Origin: a virus
DNA: 10,402 nt
Virus genome (UHGV): UHGV-0126656
Reading direction: 5' to 3' (one strand)
The notes under the pieces are model-generated. The model was not told the origin of the DNA and did no database searches. It saw only the letters and a list, made by a program, of their open reading frames with translations. A program made the position numbers and the translations under genes. Positions 6,765 through 10,402 of the stretch are shown piece after piece; within the stretch, counting starts at the first letter, position 1; every line of letters starts with the position of its first letter.

Positions 6765-6851
6765 CAAGGGCTGGTAACCCTTACTCAAAATGTGATCTAT
6801 AACTACAACGATTGATTTCACTTCCCCGCTCTCTCCGGCGGGATTTTTTTT
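6765..6851 (+). ncRNA. Candidate small RNA (~85 nt), divergent from alpA
   Basis: Bounded by the candidate promoter and a strong intrinsic terminator. No ORF (ATG TGA only). Has a 5-prime stem-loop (AAGGG-CUGGUAA-CCCUU) and an AU-rich linker before the terminator. Confidence 0.3.
6825..6851 (+). terminator. Rho-independent terminator (plus strand)
   Basis: GC hairpin (CCCGC ... GCGGG, 6825..6842) followed by eight T (6844..6851). No plus-strand CDS lies upstream. Confidence 0.6.
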
Positions 6852-7971
6852 GCCTGCAATCACCACATCAAAACTAATTAAAATTAGATGCCGTTTAAAC
6901 GCAATATAACGCATTCTGACGGCCTTAATTTTTGGCAATGCATTTGCTCAGGTGTGATTAGATTGATTCGTCTGGCGTGGAATGGTGCGGCGGTAATATC
7001 AGATCTCAGCGTTCTGTGTGGCGATTCCTCAGCTCTGAGGAGTGGGCGTCCGTCATTCAGTCTCAGCACCTTGCTCAAACGAGATCGGCTGCGATGGCGT
7101 TGTAGGCCGCATTCTGTCGTTTAATGAGACGTGCCTGATTGGACAATCTGAAATCTGGTTGGTGAGACTATTCAGGCGAGACTGTTCAGCGGGGAAAGCG
7201 GCGCATGTCGATGAATCCATTCCTGGATTAATCGGCGTTGTTCCGGTGTCTGGTGAAAATTTAATGAAATCGCATCAATTATAATGCGTCTAAATCGCTC
7301 TGTGGCGACGTGAAGTTTTCAGGTAAGCAAGTGCGGTTATATGTGTTCATCGCGTTACAGGCACCATTCCGTTCGAATTTGGCACGGTCAGGATGGTTTG
7401 CGGTGGTCGGCGGCGGGGATAAACTTGCTTGAGTGGTCACCTCAGCCTGCTGTGCGTCGTGTGATGGTACTGTCTGCACCTGGCTATACGCTGCTTTGCT
7501 GCTGTTTCCTGTCTGGTCTGTATACGCGATAAAACCCATCGGCTTTACAGTGAGTGAGTTTTTTGCGCTTTGCTTTCCATTCGGTTTGCTTACTGCTGCT
7601 GTGTGTCTGTGCGGTAGCTCAGAAAGCTGTTGACGATAACCATCACTGCTAAGCCCGTCTTTTAAGCTGGCAATTGCTCGAAGCCTTCCGAAGGCCCACC
7701 AATAAGAAATCACCCTTTGAGATATACCGCGCTCCCCATGAACGAATGCCATGATGGTTTGTTGGTCTGCTGTTCAGGTTGTACGTGAGTGAATGGGCGT
7801 TTCCAGCTTGCTGGAAATGATTGCGCTAATCAGCATGGTTAATGCTCGCAACCAGCCGACCTATCAGGCGGCGAAATAATTCTTCTGTTTAACTCTAGGC
7901 GACTCTCTATGACCGACCGGGAGGCTAAAAAACTCCCGTCGCCTAGAATTCTTAATAGTAGAATTCTTACT

Positions 7972-8082
7972 CGGCAACTTTTGACCCACCCTAACGGCAA
8001 CTTTTGACCCACCAATAACGGCAACTTTTGACCCACCTGAAGGCATAAATTGACCCACCCTAACGGCAACTTTTTACCCACC
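7972..8082. repeat. Iteron array (about 5 direct repeats, 23-24 bp period), putative replication origin
   Basis: AACGGCAACTTTTGACCCACC repeats beginning 7972, 7993, 8017 and 8062, with a degenerate copy at 8041..8059. Flanked at 7944..7969 by two TAGAATTCTTA repeats and at 7918..7938 by a hairpin. Lies just downstream of the Rep-like gene and its terminator. Confidence 0.7.
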
Positions 8083-8102
8083 TGAATTCATGGAATTAAG
8101 GC

Positions 8103-8129
8103 AAAGAAAAGGCGGGAACATTGCCCGCC
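8103..8129 (-). terminator. Rho-independent terminator after the Rep-like gene
   Basis: Minus strand: hairpin GGCGGG/CCCGCC (plus 8111..8129) followed by TTTTCTTT (plus 8103..8110), immediately after the stop at 8138. Confidence 0.5.
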
Positions 8130-8137
8130 TGATTCCG

Positions 8138-8665
8138 TTATTTCATGTTGTACGGCTTGAATAATAACTGGTATTCGTTGCACTCCCTTTCTGCCGATCC
8201 TGGTATATAGCCTTCAGTACGCTCAACAAGTTTGAAGTGGTTGACCAGACGATCGAGGCATTTTTTAACCGTGTTTTTTGATAGCCTGGCTCGTTTGTCG
8301 ATTGTTCCCCTACCAACCCTGCACCATCCCAACGGTGAGTTTTTGCCAGTACCAGCGAAGTAACAAAGAGCACGTAGCACAGCCTCGTCGTTGACTGTAT
8401 GTTCTTTCTCCCATCTTTCGTACAGTTTGCGGGGCAATACTTCATCAAGTCGGTTCAATGTGTCCAGGTAGCGCAGGTTGCCACGCCAGGCTTGCTCCTG
8501 CTGTTTTGCCTCGTGATGATCTGTTTCCTCGTGATTATCTGGCGTGTGTTCTTCGTGTTTAGTCTCTTCGTTTTTGGGTGCTTTATTCCGTAACTCGTTA
8601 ATTTTATTTAAAAATTGACGAACATCATTGTTTGTTTCTTGTTCTACTGCTAGCATATCAGACAT
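8138..8665 (-). CDS. Putative iteron-binding replication initiator, winged-helix (phage O N-terminal-like), 175 aa
   Basis: The ORF track starts at 8779, but the ATG at 8663..8665 (MSDMLAVEQ...) has an AAGGAG Shine-Dalgarno 8 nt upstream and is preferred. C-terminal segment (AVLRALCYFAGTGKNSPLGWCRVGRGTIDKRARLSKNTVKKCLDRLVNHF) resembles winged-HTH replication initiator domains; acidic His/Glu-rich N-terminal region. Function inferred from fold-like motif plus the adjacent iterons. Confidence 0.5.
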   Translation of the reverse strand: MSDMLAVEQETNNDVRQFLNKINELRNKAPKNEETKHEEHTPDNHEETDHHEAKQQEQAWRGNLRYLDTLNRLDEVLPRKLYERWEKEHTVNDEAVLRALCYFAGTGKNSPLGWCRVGRGTIDKRARLSKNTVKKCLDRLVNHFKLVERTEGYIPGSAERECNEYQLLFKPYNMK

Positions 8666-8839
8666 GAGAAATTCTCCTTTAGCTTGTTTCTCATACCGCC
8701 CCCGGAATGTTGCAGCATGCCGGGGGCTTTTATTTGTGTTGATCCTATTTTCGAACTCTGGATCTTTCGTTGCAAACATGGATTTAAGTTCTTGATATTG
8801 AATAATTTATTCCACTTAATTGGAATAATGGAATAATTA

Positions 8840-8868
8840 GCGAAAAAGAAAAGCCGGACGAATCCGGC
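8840..8868 (-). terminator. Rho-independent terminator downstream of the integrase gene
   Basis: Minus strand: hairpin GCCGGA-UUCG-UCCGGC (plus 8853..8868) followed by TTTTCTTTTT (plus 8840..8852), about 100 nt past the int stop. Confidence 0.5.
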
Positions 8869-8969
8869 AAATTGAATACAGGTTTCTTATCAGGTGATAG
8901 TTAAACCACACAAAACAAATGCTTATACAAAATGCAAAATTGCGCTTTGCAAAAAAGCCGCTTAATTAT

Positions 8970-10178
8970 TCATTCCGGTTCTAGAGGATTGCCGTTACCT
9001 GCCAATATTGAATCAATAGCGTCGGCGTAATCCTGCATCATTGCTCGCCGTTGCTTCAGGTAGGCCGCCTGGTTATAAATCGCCCTGATTCCCTTTGGAA
9101 CATGGGCCAATTGGATTTCGACCCAATCAGGGTTATACCTGCCGGATTCGTTAAGCGCCGTGCTGAATGTTGTGCGCCAGCCGTGGCCTGTAACCGTCGA
9201 TTTGAATCCGATACGCTCCAGGGCTTTAAGGATGGCACTGGCTGAAAGTGGCTTATCCATGAATCGACCAGGGAACACAAAAGCACTGTATCCGCTGCGG
9301 GTAAACTGGTCCTGTAATAGCTCGACCGCCTGCCGGGATAGCGGGACCACATGCGGGCGGCGGGCCTTCATGACTTCAGCGGGTAGGGTGATGGTTGCCG
9401 ATTCCAGATCTACCCACTCCCAGCGCATTAAACGCAGTTCTGCGGTCCTTAGGGCGCTTAATATAAGCAAACGTATTGCCGTCTGAATCTGAACGCTCCC
9501 GGCTCTCTCAAGGGCTTTGTAGAAGGCCGGGATTTCACTAATTTGCAGCCATGCGTTATGACCTGGGCGTCTGGCTTTCAATGCCGTGTCCAGATCTGCA
9601 ACCGGATTTCTGCTAACCAGTTCGGTGATAACGGCAAATTTGAAGATCTCCCCGATACGCTGGCGTAATTTCCTGGCCTGTTCCGGTGCGGTGCGCTCTT
9701 TCTTCTGAAGCAATGCCAGTACGTCACGGGCGGTTATATCAACGATTGAACGTTTTCCCAGCACGGTGTAAACATCTTTCTCTAGTGCCGATCTGACCTG
9801 CTTTGTATAGCTCTCACTCCAACCGCTCACTCTGGTAGCAAACCAGTCTTCCGCTACCGTCTTAAAACTTGCCGCCATGTTGAGCGCATCAATGGCTTTC
9901 TCCTTGCGCGCTTCTTCCATTGGGTCAATTCCCTGGGCGATGAGTAAACGGCTCTCTGTGGCGCGTTTACGTGCTTCCTTCAAGGTAATCAGCGGATATA
10001 CCCCAATAGCCTGTAACCGCTCTTTCTTGTCTATCCAGTACCGGAATCGCCAGTATTTGCTGCCATTGGGATGCACCAGCAAGAACAGGCCAGGTGTCTG
10101 TGAATCGGTGAGTTTGTAGGGCTTGTCCTTCGGCTGGGCGGCCTCTATGCCCTTTGCTGTCAGTGGTGTCTTGCTCAA
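8970..10178 (-). CDS. int: Tyrosine recombinase, P4-type phage integrase (402 aa)
   Basis: N-terminal arm-binding signature (PYKLTDSQTPGLFLLVHPNGSKYWRFRYW) and C-terminal catalytic region (HGWRTTFSTALNESG ... VEIQLAHVPKGIRAIYNQAAYLKQRRAMMQDYAD) characteristic of P4-family integrases. Start codon is TTG at 10176..10178 with a GAGGT Shine-Dalgarno 8 nt upstream. Confidence 0.9.
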   Translation of the reverse strand: MSKTPLTAKGIEAAQPKDKPYKLTDSQTPGLFLLVHPNGSKYWRFRYWIDKKERLQAIGVYPLITLKEARKRATESRLLIAQGIDPMEEARKEKAIDALNMAASFKTVAEDWFATRVSGWSESYTKQVRSALEKDVYTVLGKRSIVDITARDVLALLQKKERTAPEQARKLRQRIGEIFKFAVITELVSRNPVADLDTALKARRPGHNAWLQISEIPAFYKALERAGSVQIQTAIRLLILSALRTAELRLMRWEWVDLESATITLPAEVMKARRPHVVPLSRQAVELLQDQFTRSGYSAFVFPGRFMDKPLSASAILKALERIGFKSTVTGHGWRTTFSTALNESGRYNPDWVEIQLAHVPKGIRAIYNQAAYLKQRRAMMQDYADAIDSILAGNGNPLEPE

Positions 10179-10366
10179 AACCGGATACCTCGATCTAACG
10201 ACTCGATAACCCCGCTCATGTATCCGGCGCGTTCGGTTGCGTTCGGCAGGATAAGTAACGGGCGTATTAAGGGGAACACCTTACAGCACAAGGGCTAACG
10301 ATGAAATAGAATTGTTCGAATGCTGGAAGAAATGTTACTCATCACTTCTTCCTGAGGGAACGACTT

Positions 10367-10402
10367 ATGAAACTAAAGACCACATTGTTCGGCAATGTAT
10401 AT
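10367..10402 (+). CDS. Partial CDS, 5-prime end only (MKLKTTLFGNVY...), unknown product
   Basis: ATG at 10367 preceded by a GAGGGAA Shine-Dalgarno with 6 nt spacer; ORF runs off the window. Divergent from int. Confidence 0.35.
   Translation, partial: MKLKTTLFGNVY

Larger units (their letters stand above)
1884..10366. mobile_element. Integrative phage-related island (satellite- or cryptic-prophage-like); boundaries uncertain
   Basis: P4-type integrase, AlpA-like regulator, wHTH Rep with iterons and a tape-measure-like gene in one co-oriented block; conserved motif copy at the left end. att sites not identified, so limits are approximate. Confidence 0.4.

Noticed and set aside
6645-6938. 97-aa minus-strand ORF 6645..6938, plus ORFs 6884..7078 and 6888..7124
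   Set aside because: TTG start without a Shine-Dalgarno, reading across the plus-strand terminator hairpin and the AT-rich promoter region.
7279-7752. 157-aa minus-strand ORF 7279..7752, plus overlapping ORFs 7042..7284, 7341..7532, 7433..7633
   Set aside because: Low-complexity, improbable composition, mutually overlapping on both strands and without ribosome-binding sites; treated as noncoding or degenerate sequence.
7839-8081. ORFs 7839..8081 and 7864..8058 (minus strand) encoding repetitive QKLPLGW-type peptides
   Set aside because: They are translations of the iteron direct repeats; the periodic amino-acid repeats mirror the DNA repeats and there is no ribosome-binding site.
7972-8082. 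CRISPR array
   Set aside because: The repeats are contiguous with only 2-5 nt between units and no unique spacers; this is iteron architecture, not repeat-spacer.
8666-8779. N-terminal extension of the Rep-like gene to 8779 (ORF-track start)
   Set aside because: The internal ATG at 8665 has a canonical AAGGAG Shine-Dalgarno; the upstream start has none and would run through the probable promoter region.
10304-10330. tRNA-like T-loop (GTTCGAAT at 10314..10321) near the integrase, a possible tRNA integration target
   Set aside because: Flanking bases do not form a T-stem or acceptor stem; no cloverleaf can be drawn, so no tRNA is called in this window.

Overview
The window reads as an integrated, phage-related island, with almost all coding on the minus strand. 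At the right end sits a P4-family tyrosine integrase (8970..10178), followed by a small winged-helix Rep/O-like protein (8138..8665) whose terminator leads into an array of about five 23-24 bp iterons (7972..8082). About 1.1 kb with no convincing ORF follows, then an AT-rich control region with a candidate plus-strand sRNA. From there a tight minus-strand operon runs alpA-like regulator, four small unknown proteins, a 290 bp gap, and a 734-aa phage tail tape-measure-like protein (2194..4398). No capsid, terminase, tail tube, sheath or baseplate genes are present in the window, so the tape-measure-like gene stands alone; this is the most unusual feature. The left 1.9 kb holds a second small module (62-aa protein, second AlpA/Vis-like protein, 222-aa coiled-coil protein), bracketed by two copies of a conserved ~32 bp motif fused to terminator hairpins. 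All functional calls come from reading motifs in the translations and sequence; no database search was possible, and element boundaries and att sites are unresolved.
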